DNA from: Octopus sinensis
Taxonomy: Eukaryota
Assembly: GCF_006345805.1 (NCBI RefSeq)
Contig: NC_043022.1
Coordinates: forward strand, 9,858,001 to 9,922,000
DNA: 64,000 nucleotides
Reading direction: 5' to 3'
Shown: positions 40,112 through 53,667 of the stretch, in pieces
Numbering within the stretch: the first letter of the stretch is position 1
Layout: every line of letters starts with the position of its first letter
Program-made: the position numbers and the translations under genes
The notes under the pieces: generated by a model
What the model was told of the DNA's origin: nothing
The model's input: only the letters and a program-made list of their open reading frames with translations
Database searches by the model: none

Positions 40112-40515
40112 CTCTTTTACTCTTTTACTTGTTTCAGTCATTTGACTGTGGCCATGCTGGAGCACCACCTTTAGTCGACCAAATCGACCCCGGGACTTAT
40201 TCTTTGTAAGCCCAGTACTTATTCTATCGGTCTCTTTTGCCGAACCGCTAAGTGACAGGGACATATACACGCCAGCATCGGTTGTCAAGCAATGCTAGGG
40301 GGACAAACACAGACACACAAACATACACACACATACATATATATATACATATATACGACAGGCTTCTTTCAGTTTCCGTCTACCAAATCCACTCACAAGG
40401 CATTAGTCGGCCCGGGGCTATAGCAGAAGACACTTGCCCAAGATGCCACGCAGTGAGACTGAACCCGGAACCATGTGGTTGGTAAGCAAGCTACTTACCA
40501 CACAGCCACTCCTGC
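40112..40515 (-). mobile_element. SINE family B, full length, intronic
   Basis: Reverse-complement copy starting 19 nt after the splice donor. Confidence 0.9.
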
Positions 40516-40777
40516 ACTCGTTCAAATTTAATGTCTTGCTATTCTTTTAATTGTTGGGTCGCCAGAGAATCCCCCCTGAAACCTTATGATCTTGTCAAAT
40601 AAGCACAGACAGAGTTGTGTAAATTAATACATTTGCTTTACAGTCTTTTTGTTCTGAGTCTCATTTCAATGTATGGTACCTTGGACAGAAATGCTGTTAT
40701 GGTTTAAACTCAGCAAAGCAGTAATACATGGGTAGACTGAAATCTTAGAGTAGTTACATATGAAGGTGTGGATGGAA

Positions 40778-41156
40778 GTACTCTGTCGGTTACGACGATG
40801 AGGGTTCCGGTTGATCCGATCAACGGAACAGCCTGCTCGTGAAATTAACGTGTAAGTGGCTGAGCACTTCACAGACACGTGTACCCATAACGTAGTTCTC
40901 GGGGATATTCAGCGTGACACAGAGAGTGACAAGGCCGGCCCTTTGAAATACAGGTACAACAGAAACAGGAAGTATGAGTGAGAGAAAGTTGTGGTGAAAG
41001 AGTACAGTAGGGATCACCACCATCCCTGCCGGAGCCTCGCGGAGCTTTAGGTGTTTTCGCTCAATAAACACTCACAACGCCTAGTCTGGGAATCGAAACC
41101 GCAATCCTACAATCACGAGTCTGCTGCCCTAACCACTGGGCCATTGCACCTTCACA
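40778..41156 (-). mobile_element. SINE family D, full length
   Basis: tRNA-like head at 41156-41085, shared with 26202 and 48016. Confidence 0.8.
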
Positions 41157-41391
41157 CATATGAAGGTGTATGGGTTAGAGGTAAGGGTATTTGGCTCACA
41201 ATTGTAAGGTCATGAGTTCAATTCCCAGCAATGCCTTGTGTCCTTGAGTAAGACACTCTTATTTCACATTGCTCCAGGCTTCCTTCTTGACTCACTTCAT
41301 TTGTTTTGTTTGTTTGTTTTTGCATGATGCCAATGTCGACAATATTTCATATTCGAAAATAATAACGTGAGTGGTGCTTCTGTTGTTGCAG

Positions 41392-41576
41392 TAATTGAAA
41401 ACCAATACCAGAGCGGTGATCAAGCTACGAAGGAAATGGCATACCAAGCCTTGCAGAAATGGAAACTGTTCAGTGACCATTCCAGCATCAAAAATTTGAC
41501 CAATGCACTGGAAAGACTGAACAAAACGGAGATTTTGATGATGATGAAAAAAAATAAATTTATTACAGCAAAATAA
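41392..41576 (+). CDS. Terminal exon encoding the C-terminal half of the Death domain
   Basis: TTGCAG| acceptor, phase 1. Translates '[49 protein letters not shown]...*' (E.AY..L..W / L..AL pattern). Confidence 0.85.
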
Positions 41577-41605
41577 ATATGCAACATACACACACACACA
41601 CGTAC

Positions 41606-41636
<31 letters not shown>

Positions 41637-41652
41637 TGAATGGATGGATGTG

Positions 41653-41706
<54 letters not shown>

Positions 41707-41724
41707 TATGTATATGTATGTATA

Positions 41725-41778
<54 letters not shown>

Positions 41779-41816
41779 TGTTACATTGAATGCAGTTGTT
41801 GATTGTGGTTGTTCAG

Positions 41817-41878
41817 GAAGTTACCATTGGTTTCACACCTATAATGTTCTTAGCATTATGGGTGACTCCTCAAACCTC
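41817..41878 (-). ncRNA. Type I hammerhead-like motif (U3 variant), GUA site
   Basis: RC reads GAGGT TTGAGGA GT CACCCATAATG CTAAGAA CATTATAGGTG T GAAACC AAT GGTA ACTTC. Confidence 0.65.
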
Positions 41879-42008
41879 TTGACTGGAGGAACATAACTTC
41901 TCTACATCCTAACTGTGCATAACCAGAGACTACATTAGATATTACTGCTCAAAAGATTTTAGAGAGCTTCTTTTTCGGACTTATGAACAACTGACCATTA
42001 ATACATTT

Positions 42009-42053
<45 letters not shown>

Positions 42054-42929
42054 CATACACACACACACACACACCACACACACACACACACACATATATG
42101 TATATGTATATAGTATTATATATTTATGAATTTAAATCATTTATTTTCCATCCAAACTTCCTTCAGGCTTTAAGTGCAGTGTGGAACTGAACTGATGTAA
42201 TTTTTGCCTTTAAATACCAAACAAACATACACAAACTAAAACATGTTTTCTTATTCACTTACAGTACTGACAGTACAGCACTTCTCCGTCCAATATTAAA
42301 CTTTCGAGCATGTGTGTGCATGCGCATGCTCCCACCTGTTAAACATACATTCAATTTACACAATTTTAAGATTAATCATTCACTCACAGTTTTAATTTTT
42401 AATTCCACCACATCTGCGTATGCACACATTTTGTTCATTATCAAAATGTGTTTCTCTGTGAAAGACATTTATGAAAATGTTTCTTTTCAAACAAATTTTA
42501 TCTGCTTTTCTTATCTAGAAGCGTTTTTGTACACACTTACCTATACACTCTGAGTAACGGACATCATATATCGCACTTTGTCCCCAGTCTACAGTTCAGA
42601 AACTTGAAATTTGAATAACCAGATGTAAAATGCCAGCTGTTACAAGTATAGCTAAAACACTTCCCTTTTGGTACCAAGAGTTCCTTAGTCTTATTGTTTG
42701 TTTTTCCATATTCAAATATGCATACATATATTTTTCTCTCTTATTTGTTTCAGTCATTTGATTGCAGTCATGCTGGAGCACTGCCTTTAGTTGAACAAAT
42801 TGACCCTAGGACTTATTCTTTGTAAGCCTAGTACTTATTCCATTGGTCTCTTTTGCCTTTGCCAAACCACTAAGTTACAGGGATGTAATCACACCAGCAT
42901 CAGTTGTCAAGCAATGGTGGGTTGAGGAA

Positions 42930-42994
<65 letters not shown>

Positions 42995-43399
42995 CATGAC
43001 ATATACATGTCAGGTGTTGTGCAAGACTTATTGGACCTAAAATTTTAGGTTATGCTATTGCCAGCTAGGTGACTATCCAATGCTCCACTGTATTGTCAGA
43101 ACTGAGAGGTTATGACATCAGGGTTAGTTTTAGTTCTTCAGATGTCAGTGACCACAAACACATCACAGGTGATTGAACAGACAGTTCAAAAGCACAAGAG
43201 TTTGATCAAATAAAGTAATGACTTCAGAAAGATCTTCCAATGCCATGTGATTAACAAAAAAAAAGAGATTTGAACAAAAAAAAAGAGAAGTGAACTGAAG
43301 ATTTTTAAAAAATTGTTGAAAAGGGGCCAATTTTGAAAAATGTGCTTGGTGGGAGCGATCACTCCCCTTATTCCTCTATTAGCTATGCCACTGATTCTA

Positions 43400-43602
43400 C
43401 AAGGGAGTGATGAAAAGTTCCTGGCTTCAAGGATATTGTGAAAGGCCTGGTTGGAGGCCCAACCTTCCAAGTTCTTTTACAGGGCTGAGAAAAACTGACG
43501 GACTGTTGCAGTAAGTGTGTGAATCTGAGAGGAGAGTGTGTTTTAAAAAAAATCATAATTAACTATCCTCCTGTATTTTATTTTACCCAAAGCCAGGAAC
43601 TG
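43400..43602. mobile_element. Mariner-derived MITE
   Basis: Inverted AGTTCCTGGCTT / AAGCCAGGAACT ends; a shorter copy is at 44417-44505. Confidence 0.65.
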
Positions 43603-43626
43603 TGTGTGTATACATATGTATGTATG

Positions 43627-43661
<35 letters not shown>

Positions 43662-44008
43662 GTATGTGTATGTATATGTATGTATATATGTGTGTATATA
43701 TACCATCCATTCGTGGCCGTTGCCAGCCTCGCCTGGCCCCCGTGCTGGTGGCATGAAAAAAGCACCATACGTCCGTAGCCGTTTGCCAGCTCCGTCTGGC
43801 ACCTGTGCGGGTGGCACGTAAAAGGCACCCACTACACTCACGGAGTGGTTGGCGTTAGGAAGGGCATCCAGCCGTTGAAACACTGCCAGATCAGACTGGG
43901 CCTGATGCAGCCTTCTGGCTTCACAGACCCCAGTTGAACCGTCCAACCCATGCTAGCATGGAAAGCGGACGCTAAATGATGATGATGATGATATATATAT
44001 ATATATAT

Positions 44009-44257
44009 GAATTTATCTGTAATATAATATGTGACAATTATTTGGTTGCCATAATAAGACTCCAAGTTTCGGATGTCGAGGCAGAAAACTGCTCCTGCAT
44101 CTCTTCAGTTATTGAGTTAAATTAAATGGTCATTTTCATAGCATTTTTTGATTGCCTCAATAACTGACCAGATGCCGGAGCAGTTTTCCGCCCCAACATC
44201 CAAAACTTGGAGTCTTATTATGGAAACCGAATAATTGGCAATATTACAGATAAATTC
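44009..44257. repeat. Long inverted repeat (~105 bp arms) carrying two hammerhead copies, Penelope-like terminus
   Basis: 44009-44116 pairs with 44156-44257. The continuation 44257-44310 is homologous (RC) to 4745-4798. Confidence 0.88.
44053..44113 (-). ncRNA. Type I hammerhead motif with intact core, GUC site
   Basis: RC reads AATAA CTGAAGA GATG CAGGA GCAG TTTT CTGC CTCGA CATC C GAAAC TTGGA GTC TTATT. Confidence 0.7.
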
Positions 44258-44315
44258 CTCTATTTACATAATATCGAGGTCTCATTCATTCTCGTGTTGT
44301 CTTACCATCACTATT

Positions 44316-44362
<47 letters not shown>

Positions 44363-45547
44363 CATATATACATATATATATATACATATATATATATAAT
44401 GTGTGTGTGTGTGTAGGAGTGCTGAAAAGTTCCTGGCTTTAAGGGTATCACAAAATTGATTCTCCTGTATTTTCTTTTACCTAAAGCCAGGAACTCTTCA
44501 GCACCCCATTACATGAGATTAATAAACAATATATCCAAGTTTGGTTGGATGTGCTATCTAATTAGAAATACTTATGTAGTGAAGGAAAGATTCTCTAACT
44601 ACAGACTGGTGTCTCCTAACCTGTCTTTGTTTTCCCTATAACTTCCTTAATAATGCATATTTTATATTGAAATTTTACATTGGTGCAAGGGACTCTAGGA
44701 CATTGGTGTTTCAACATGTTGTGTCTTGCCAACCAGAAATACCCAGACCTTTGAGCCTAAACAAAGATGCATTCTCAAAAGTATATAACAATTATATTGA
44801 TGAAATCTTTTTAGCAATTCAATAACTAATTAATTCATGATCATTGCAACACATACAAAATCAAAATCTATGATTTTTATCTTAATAGATGTTATTCATT
44901 ATTAACATAAAACTGGTCTCCATTGGTTACAACAGGGGGCTTCAGTGGATCTGATCAAGGGAACAGCCTGCTCATGGAATTAATGTGAAAGTGGCTGAGT
45001 ACTCCACAGACATGTATACCCTTGACATAATTCTCAGGGAGATTCAAAATGACACAGAATGTGAAAAAGCTGGCCCTTTGAACTACAGGCACTTAACATT
45101 TTTGCTAACTGAGTAGACTGGAGAAATGTGAAATAAAGTGTCTTGCTCAAGAATACAGTGTGCTAAAAGGAAACAAAAGTTATGATCTTGAGCTGAACAC
45201 CCTAACTACTAAGTCACTCACCCTCATTCATTAATATAAGATTGAAAGGAATGATGAAAAAATATCTGTGTATACTTTTAATATCATCATCATTTAGCAT
45301 CCATTGGACAGTTTGACAGGAGGTGACAATCCGGTACACTGTGTCACACTCTGCTGTCTTCTTTGGCATGGTTTCTACAGCTGGATGGCCTTCCTAATGT
45401 CAACCACTTTTCAGAATATACTTCGTGCTTTTCACATGGTACCAGCACTAGTGAGGTCATCAAGTAACTTGCAAGACGAATACCCATCAACAGGTGGTGG
45501 AGAAGTATTATCGAGGGAGGTGGTTTTGTGCCAGTTTATAAGAAGTT

Positions 45548-45879
45548 AAAAGAATAATAGAGGAATAAAGACGGGCATTTTGCTGTTGAAAAGAACAAGG
45601 ACACCCTAGTTCAGTGGTTCACAACTGGGGTTCATATAAGATTCATTGGGGGTTCAACACAAGCAAAATAGTAACTTGGGGGTCCACAGTAGTATTTTAA
45701 GGGTCCATGAAAAGAATAATAGAGGAATAGAGATGGGCATTTTGCTGTTGAAGAGAACAAGGACACCCTAGTTCAGTGGTTCACAACTGGGGTTCATATA
45801 AGATTCATTGGGGGTTCAACACAAGCAAAATAGTAACTTGGGGATCCACAGTAGTATTTTAAGGGTCCATGAAAAGAAT
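45548..45879. repeat. Tandem duplication, period 162 bp
   Basis: Two near-identical units bounded by AAAAGAAT at 45548, 45710 and 45872. Confidence 0.93.
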
Positions 45880-47406
45880 TTTGTTTTAGATGTATTTATT
45901 GCAAGAAACAGCTTGGTTTCTTTCTCATAGTTTAACATGTTTCCAGCGACTGAAACATGTTCTCTCAGAGAATTCTATTGCAAACGTACACAAGGCGTAG
46001 GAGTGGCTGTGTGGTAAGTAGATTGCTTACCAACCACATGGTTCCAAGTTCAGTCTCACTGCATGACACCTTGGGCAAATGTCTTCTACTATAGCCTTGG
46101 GCTGACCAAAGCCTTATGAGTGGATTTGGTAGACAGAAACTGAAAAGAAGCCCATCGTATATATATGTATGTGTGTGTATATGTTTGTGTGTCTGTGTTT
46201 GTCCCCCCAACATCGCTTGACAACTGATGCTGGTGTGTGTACACCCCCGTAACTTAGCGGTTCGGCAAAAGAGACCGATAGAATAAGTACTAGGCTTACA
46301 AAGAATAAGTCCTGGGGTCGATTTGCTCGACTAAAGGCGGTGCTCCAGCATGGTCACAGTCAAATGACTGAAACAAGTAAAAGAGTAAGTGAATAATGGG
46401 AGAAAAGCAGAAGGAATTTAGAGAGAATTATCTATAAAGTATGTCTTTCTAGTTTTTAAACATTGAAATGCAATGGGGTCCACCAGAGCAAAAGAGTAAT
46501 CAAAGGGGTCCATAGCTAAAAAATGGTTGAGAACCCCTGGGTTAGGCTGGTCATCCTGGTTGCATATCATATTCCACACACACAACAAAACAGGAAACTG
46601 ACCCACTGTGGTGTTACATGTCTTACAATGCCTGAAACAATGAGGTTCCTTTCTCTGGTGTTTTACATAGTTTAACAGGTTTCTCAGAACTGAAACAGGT
46701 TCTCTGAGTTCTATTGCAAACCCACACAACTAAATGGGGGAAAAACAAAATGGGAATTTTGAAAGAATTATCAATAAAACTAGGCTAAGGGGTCCAAACA
46801 GAATCAGACAGTAATTGAAGGGGCCCATAGTAAAAAAAATAATAATTGAGACCCCTGGGTTAGGCTGATCATTCTGGTTCCACATCATCTTCCACACATA
46901 CACATCAAATCAGGAAACTGACCCACTGTGGTGTTACATGTTTTACAATGCATGAAACAATGAGGTTCCTTTCTCTGATGTTTTACATAGTTTAACAGGT
47001 TTCTAGGAACTAAATCATGTTCTCTCAGAGAGACTTATTGCAATTCTACACAAGTAAATGTGGGGGGGGGAAACAAAATGGGAATTTTGAAAGAAATATC
47101 AATAAAACTAGGCTAAGGGGTCCAAACAGAATCAAACAGTAATCGATGGGGCCCATAGGAAAAAAAAAAATAATTGAGAACCCTGGGTTAGGCTGTTTTA
47201 CATAGTTTAACAGGTTTCTAGGAACCGAAACATGTTCTCTCAGAGAGACTTATTGCAAATCTACACAAGTGAATGTTTGAAAAACAAAATAGGAAGTTTG
47301 AAGATTGTATCTATAAAACTAATGAATGGCTATGGGGGGAGGGCCACTAGAATAAAATAGTAATGAAAGAGGTCCGTAGGTTTAAAAAATGGTTAAGAAA
47401 CCACTG
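45612..47406 (+). mobile_element. hAT/Charlie-type MITE with reiterated 3' end and nested SINE
   Basis: CAGTGGTTCACAAC left end. Right ends (GGTTGAGAACCCCTG and variants) at about 46539, 46857, 47185 and 47406. Flanks CCCTAGTT / CTCTAGTC resemble a decayed 8 bp TSD. Confidence 0.65.
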
Positions 47407-49089
47407 CTCTAGTCGGAAAAGAAAGAGAGAAACTTAGAAAAATAGAGAGTGAAAAGAGAGAGGTGGCAGTGGAAATGTGTCAGGATAGACCCTCAAGGGA
47501 CAGTTGGGGGTGAATTTAGGTGAGGTGATACTGAGGATTGGGCTCCGTGAGTGGGCAGACGACAATTATTCTGATGCAATCTTATTAACAATTCAGAAAC
47601 TAAATTTATGATCGTTGTGCCACACACCTGAAAATAATCTATGATATTCATTATGAACATACAATAGAAAGGAATAATGGAAAAAAAATTCCGAGTTTAC
47701 TTTTAACCTACTGCAATATAAATCAAGAGCAGTCAGTATTTATACTTTCGATCTGTTTTGTGGTAGATTAAACCTAAACTCAGGTGTTTTGTTTCATATA
47801 ATGTCATCCAGCTTAACATTAATAATAATGGTATGGATAAAGATAATGACTTATGTGAGTAATGACTGTGAGTTAGTCATTGGGTGATTAATAAAATATG
47901 AACTTATTTTATTTCTGAGTAAAAAAAAAAAAGTGTCTTCTTTATTCATTTTTAAATTCTATCAGTATAACCATGACCTATACTTTTGAAAATGTATCTC
48001 TGTAAAATGTCATTGTGGAGGCACATGGCCTAGTGGTTAGAGCAGCGGACTCGTGGTCGAGGGATCGCGGGTTCAAATCTCAGACCAGGCAATGTGTGTG
48101 TTTATGAGCAAAATACCTAAGCTCCACGCGGCTCCAGCAGAAGGTAATGGCAAACTTCTGCTGACTCTTTCGCCACAACTTTCTCTCACTCTTTCCTCCT
48201 GCATCTTGCAGCTCACCTGCGACAGACCAGCGTCCTGTCCAGGTGGGGAACCTATACACCAAGAAACCGGGAAACCAGCCCATTGTGAGCCAGGCATGGC
48301 TTGAGAATGAACAACAAAATGTCATTACAATATATAGTGGCCGTGTGGTAAGAAGCTTGCTTCCTAACCTCATGGTCCCAGGTTCAGTCCCACTGCATAA
48401 TATCTTGGGTAAATGTCCTCTGCTATAGCCTCAGCCCAACTAAAGCCTTGAGTGAATTTGACAGACAGAAACTGAAAGAACCCCATCGTGTATATGTGTG
48501 TGTGTATATATTCATGTGTGCGTGTCTTTGTGTCTGTTTTTGTCTCTCCGTCATCGCTTGACAACCAATGTTGGTGTGTTTACGTCCCCGTAACTTATCT
48601 TGATTAAGGATAAATTTGTACTCTACAGCAGAAAAGACTGATTCCTCAGATCAATGTTGATGTTGTTTGTTCCATCTCAAGCCATGCCTGGCTCATAAGG
48701 GCCAGTCTTCCGGTTTCATTGGTGTGTAGGTTCCCCACTTGGACGGGATGCCAGTCCATTGCTCAGATCAATGTAAAATTGCTTTTATTATAACTGCACA
48801 TTGAAACATACATTTATATACATATATACACATATATATACATATATGTATACACATATATATACATACATATATATATATATATATATTCTTTTACTAG
48901 TTTCTGTCATTTGACTACAGCCATACTGGAACACTGCTTTTAGTCGAAAATGACCCAGGACTTATTCTTTGTAAACCTATCAGTTTCTTTGCTGATCTGC
49001 TAAGTTATGAGGACGTGAACACACCAACATCAGTTGTCAAGCGATGCTCAGGTAGACAAAGACAGACACACAAATACATACATACATAT

Positions 49090-50580
49090 ATAATAATAAT
49101 AATAATAATAATAATTGTGTACAGTGCTCAGGTGCACTACAACTCATCCAAAGTGTATATATAATCAGGTGTAGTTTCGGCGGATTTCGGAAAGCATGAG
49201 GGCCTTAAAGGATGCAGTGTCATGGCAGTCAACAACTGACGCAGACAGTTTATTCCATGCTTCAGCAACTCTGAGTGTGAAGAAATGTTTCCGAAAGTCA
49301 TGGGAGCTGTGTTGTTTTCTGACTTTGTAGGCATGTCCACGTGTGTTAGACACATGGAGATCATAAAGGTGTTCAGTGTTGCTGTTGGTGAGGTGGTTGA
49401 TAACTTTGTGGGTGTTTACCAAGTCCATCACCAGACGCTGGAGCTTCAGTGAATCCATGCCCAGGGAAACAAGGCGCTCAGAATATGGTAGGTGTCTGAT
49501 GGAGGGTATGCGTTTGGTTGCACGTCTCTGGACAGATTCCAGGAGGTCAATGTTCTGAGCAAGATAGGGGTTCCAAACTGATGATGCGAATTCCAAGTGT
49601 GGTCATACCATAGCTGTATACAGTTTTAAATAGATGGCTGGAGAGCGGCTAACAAAAGTCTTGCTGAGTGATGCCAAGACACCCTCGGCCTTCTTGACAA
49701 TTTTAGAGATATGCTTTGTCCAAAGCAAATCACTGCTGACAGAGATGCCTAGGTCACGCTTGCAAGAGGATTTCTTGATATCAGTGTTGTGGAGGGAGTA
49801 TGTGGACGCAGGGTTTTTTCTCCCAAAATGCATGGTGGTACACTTGTCCACAGCCAGTTTCAGTTGCCAGTCTGTGATCCATTGCTGCATTGTGTCCAGG
49901 TCTGATTGCAGGAAAGTGCTGTAGACAACAGGATCTGTCCTCTTGACTTCAAGGTACAGCTTGATGTCGTCTGCATATTTCAATACTGTGGCATTCTTTA
50001 AATTGGCATCTATGTCATTAATGTATGCCACAAACAAGAGGGGACCAAGGACAGATCCCTGTGGTACACCCAATGACATCTCATATGTCTGTTGTGGAGG
50101 AATCTGTCCAGAGACGTGCAACCAAACGCATACCCTCCATCAGACACCTACCATATAAACAAGTGCCTAATGCTGTCCTAGAACTGTGACTACCTCCTTT
50201 CAGCTGAGAATGAAGGATTTCAACCAGTTAGAAAGGTCATCCCTCACACCCATTGCAGAGAGTTTCACCATAAGCCTTTTGTGTGGCACAGAGTTGAAAG
50301 CCTTAGCAAAGTCAAGGTAGACAACATCCACCCATGAGCCACTGTCAGTGATCTGAGTAATGTCCTCAAGGAACTCGACAAGCTGATCACTGCAGCTGGA
50401 GTTAGGGACAAATCCATATTGTGAGGGTCGGATGAGACTGTGAGAGCTCCAAAAGTTCCAAAGTGTTTCTCTGACACACAATTCCATCAGTTTTGCAATA
50501 CAGCTAGTGAGACTGACTGGGCGATAGTTGACAGGTGATGTGCGGTCGCCCTTTTTGAACAGAGGAATAACACTGGCAGT
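49090..50580 (-). mobile_element. 5'-truncated CR1-like LINE with (TTA)n tail
   Basis: 'NYRPVSLTSCIAKLME', 'YLDFAKAFNSVPH', 'GVPQGSVLGPLLF', 'YADDIKL', 'LESVQRRATK', 'FFTLRVAEAWNKL'. Confidence 0.93.
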
Positions 50581-50978
50581 TACTCTTTTACTTGTTTCAG
50601 TCATTTGACTGTGGCCATGCTGAAGCACCGCCTTTTAGTCGAACAAATCGACCCCAGTACTAATTCTATCAGTCTCTTAAACTGAACCGCTAAGTTACAG
50701 GGACGTAAACACACCAGCATTGGTTGTCAAGCAATGGTGGTGGGGTCAAACACAGACACACAAACATATACACACACATACATACATGCATATATATATA
50801 TACATATATATACACACACACATATATACGACAGGCTTTGTTCAGTGTCTGTCTACCAAATCCACTTACAAGGCTTTGGTCAGCCCAAGGCTATAGTAGA
50901 AGACACTTGCCCAAGGTGCCACGCAGTGGGACTGAACCATCTGGTTGGTAAGCAAGCTACTTACCACACACCCACTCC

Positions 50979-51039
<61 letters not shown>

Positions 51040-51514
51040 ACACACACACATCTTCACTTATACACGCCACTCACACCCAATCAGTGTGCAAACAGAAGTT
51101 TACCAGGGTTTGGTTCTCAGTATCCCTCTTATTTATCATAAATTTCTTGGCCATAACAGAGGAATTTAAGACTGGTTGCCTATGGAAACACCTTTCTACT
51201 GATGCCTTATCTTTTATAGCTGAGACTGTGGTAGAATAAGAGAAGCACGTGGTGACTAAGTAAAGTTCTTAATCACGTTGCCATACTTGCACCTATTAAT
51301 AAAACCTAATTTCACTAGTAAAGTGGGAGATTTTATCGACTTGAGTTCAAATCCTGCCCAATCCTTCTCTTATGCGAGATTGATAGAATAAAGTATTCAT
51401 AGGTAGGAATTGATTGAATTGATCATATTGATCTTCATTAGAAGAACAATTACAATGAAAACTCATTGTTCCTGTTTATACAAATGCAAACGCTTACATG
51501 CTTGCCCACGCTTG

Positions 51515-51547
<33 letters not shown>

Positions 51548-51765
51548 ATACATACACATGCATATGTGCATGCCTATACAAGCCTATGTACTCATGTAGA
51601 TGTACATGCCCACGCATGCTTGCACACACATACATGCACATACACACACACACATTCAATCATAGACGAATGAATTAACTTTATTAATTATTAATTTCTA
51701 TATCTCTTTCTAATACCTACAAAAATATTAGTTTGTTTCTTTATTTGGGTTGTGTATGTGTATAT

Positions 51766-53045
51766 ATACAAGAGAGGGTAAAAAATTATACACACTCCTG
51801 TTTTTTCAATGCATTTACACAAAAGGAGGGGATAAACAAGTGCCTAATTTTTCTATATAGTCTCTATCCTTTTCGATGCACTTGGTCAAGCGGTCAACAA
51901 GCTTATGTATTCCATCCAAGAAGAAGATTTGCAGTTGGTCGTGCAACCATTTATGCACCACTTCTTTCACATCTTCATCCATAGGAAATTGACGATCTTG
52001 TAAACCATCTTTGAATGGTCCAAAGATATGAAATTCAAAAGGGGTGATATCTGGGCCATAGCAGTGTGTTCCAGCATCTCAAAACTGGTTTCATCAGTCT
52101 GGGCTGCGGTGTGTGGTGCGGATTGTCATGCGACAACAAAACTCTCTTTGACAATAGGCTTTGGCATTTGGTGCGAATTGCTGGCTTCAGTTTGTTGGCC
52201 AGCAAAGCACTGTATCTTGCATGGTTGATCGTACATCCTTTTTCCAGGTAGTCTTCCAGTACAGGCCCTTTTGAGTCCCCCAAAAGGGTTAGCATCACTT
52301 TTCCTGTAGAAGGCTGAGTCTTGAAATTCTTCATCACTGGTGAACCAGGATTTTTCTACTCCATACTCTGTCTTTTGGATAAGTTGGCAGAAACATTAGC
52401 ACGCTGGGTGAAATGCTTAACGGTATTTCGTCTGCCGTTAAAGTTCTGAGTTCAAATTCCGCCGAGGTTGACTTTGCCTTTCATCCTTTCGGGGTCAATT
52501 AAATAAGTACCAGTTACGCACTGGGGTCAAAATAATCGACTTAATCCGTTTGTCTGTCCCTGTCTGTCATTACATTCTGAGTTCAAATTCAGCCAAGGTT
52601 GACTTTGCCTTTCATCTTTTCGGGGTCGATAAATTAAGTACCAGTTACGCACTGGGGTCGATGTAATCGACTTAATACCTATGTCTGTCCTTGTTTGTCC
52701 CCTCTATGTTTTGCCCCTTGTGGGTAATAAAGAAATAGGTATTTCATCTGCCATTAAAGTTCTGAGTTCAAATTCCGCCGAGGTCGACTTTGCCTTTCAT
52801 CCTTTCAGGGTCGATTAAATAAGTACCAGTTACACACTGGGGTCGATATAATCGACTTAATCCGTTTGTCTGTCCTTGTTTATCCTCTCTGTGTTTAGCC
52901 CCTTGTGGGTAGTAAAGAAATAGGATATTGCCTCATAATGATGGACCCATGTTTCATCTCCTATGACTATTCTGCTCAAAAATTTGTCATCCTCATTGCT
53001 GTAACAATCAAGTAAAATGTCAGCAGACCTCAAGATGTTGACACT
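51766..53045 (-). mobile_element. Mariner remnant interrupted by a SINE multimer
   Basis: 'FKTQPSTGKVMLT...LEKGCTIN...LKPAIRTK...VLLSHDN'. The 'IVIGDETWVHHYE' motif resumes beyond 52925. Confidence 0.82.
52382..52925 (+). mobile_element. SINE family A internal trimer
   Basis: Three reiterations of the TTCTGAGTTCAAATTC...GACTTAAT core. Confidence 0.85.
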
Positions 53046-53079
53046 TGTGCTCTGTAGTAAGCTCTCTTGGCACCCATCT

Positions 53080-53410
53080 TACACAGCCAGATATTATCAT
53101 ATTGAATAAGAGAGACAAATACTGTCAGATCATTGATGTAGCCATACCAAATGACATGAATATTGTGAGTAAAGAGGTTGAAAAATTGACTAAGTACTCC
53201 AAATTGAAAGTGGAAATGGAATGCGAGAGGGTAATGTAAAAGTGATACCAGTGGTGATCGGAGTGTTCAATCCCATTGAAACTTCAAGACTTTTCAAGGT
53301 AACTGGAAATCCCATGCAAGATTGATGTCTTGCAAAAAGCAGCCTTATTGGGCACAGCTCACATTTTAAGGAAAGTATTCTTTTTAAGGTCCTTGTTGTA
53401 ACTTGATATA
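53080..53410 (+). mobile_element. R4/Dong-clade LINE 3' remnant (restriction-like endonuclease)
   Basis: 'QPDIIILNKRDKYCQIIDVAIPND.NIVSKEVEKLTKY', 'VKVIPVVIG', 'LQKAALLGTAHILRKV'. Confidence 0.85.
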
Positions 53411-53475
53411 TCAGAGAGCATCATTATATCTATGAACACACACACACACAGATATACCTATGTACATCCATCCAT

Positions 53476-53538
<63 letters not shown>

Positions 53539-53596
53539 TATATACATATATATATATACATACATATATATACATATATATAATATATATATATAT

Positions 53597-53627
<31 letters not shown>

Positions 53628-53630
53628 CAC

Positions 53631-53667
<37 letters not shown>

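Noticed and set aside
43113-43147. TGACAT CTGAAGA ... ATGTCA on the minus strand
   Set aside because: Lacks stem II and GAAA
48016-48090. tRNA-like sequence
   Set aside because: Head of SINE family D, followed by SINE body; not a tRNA gene
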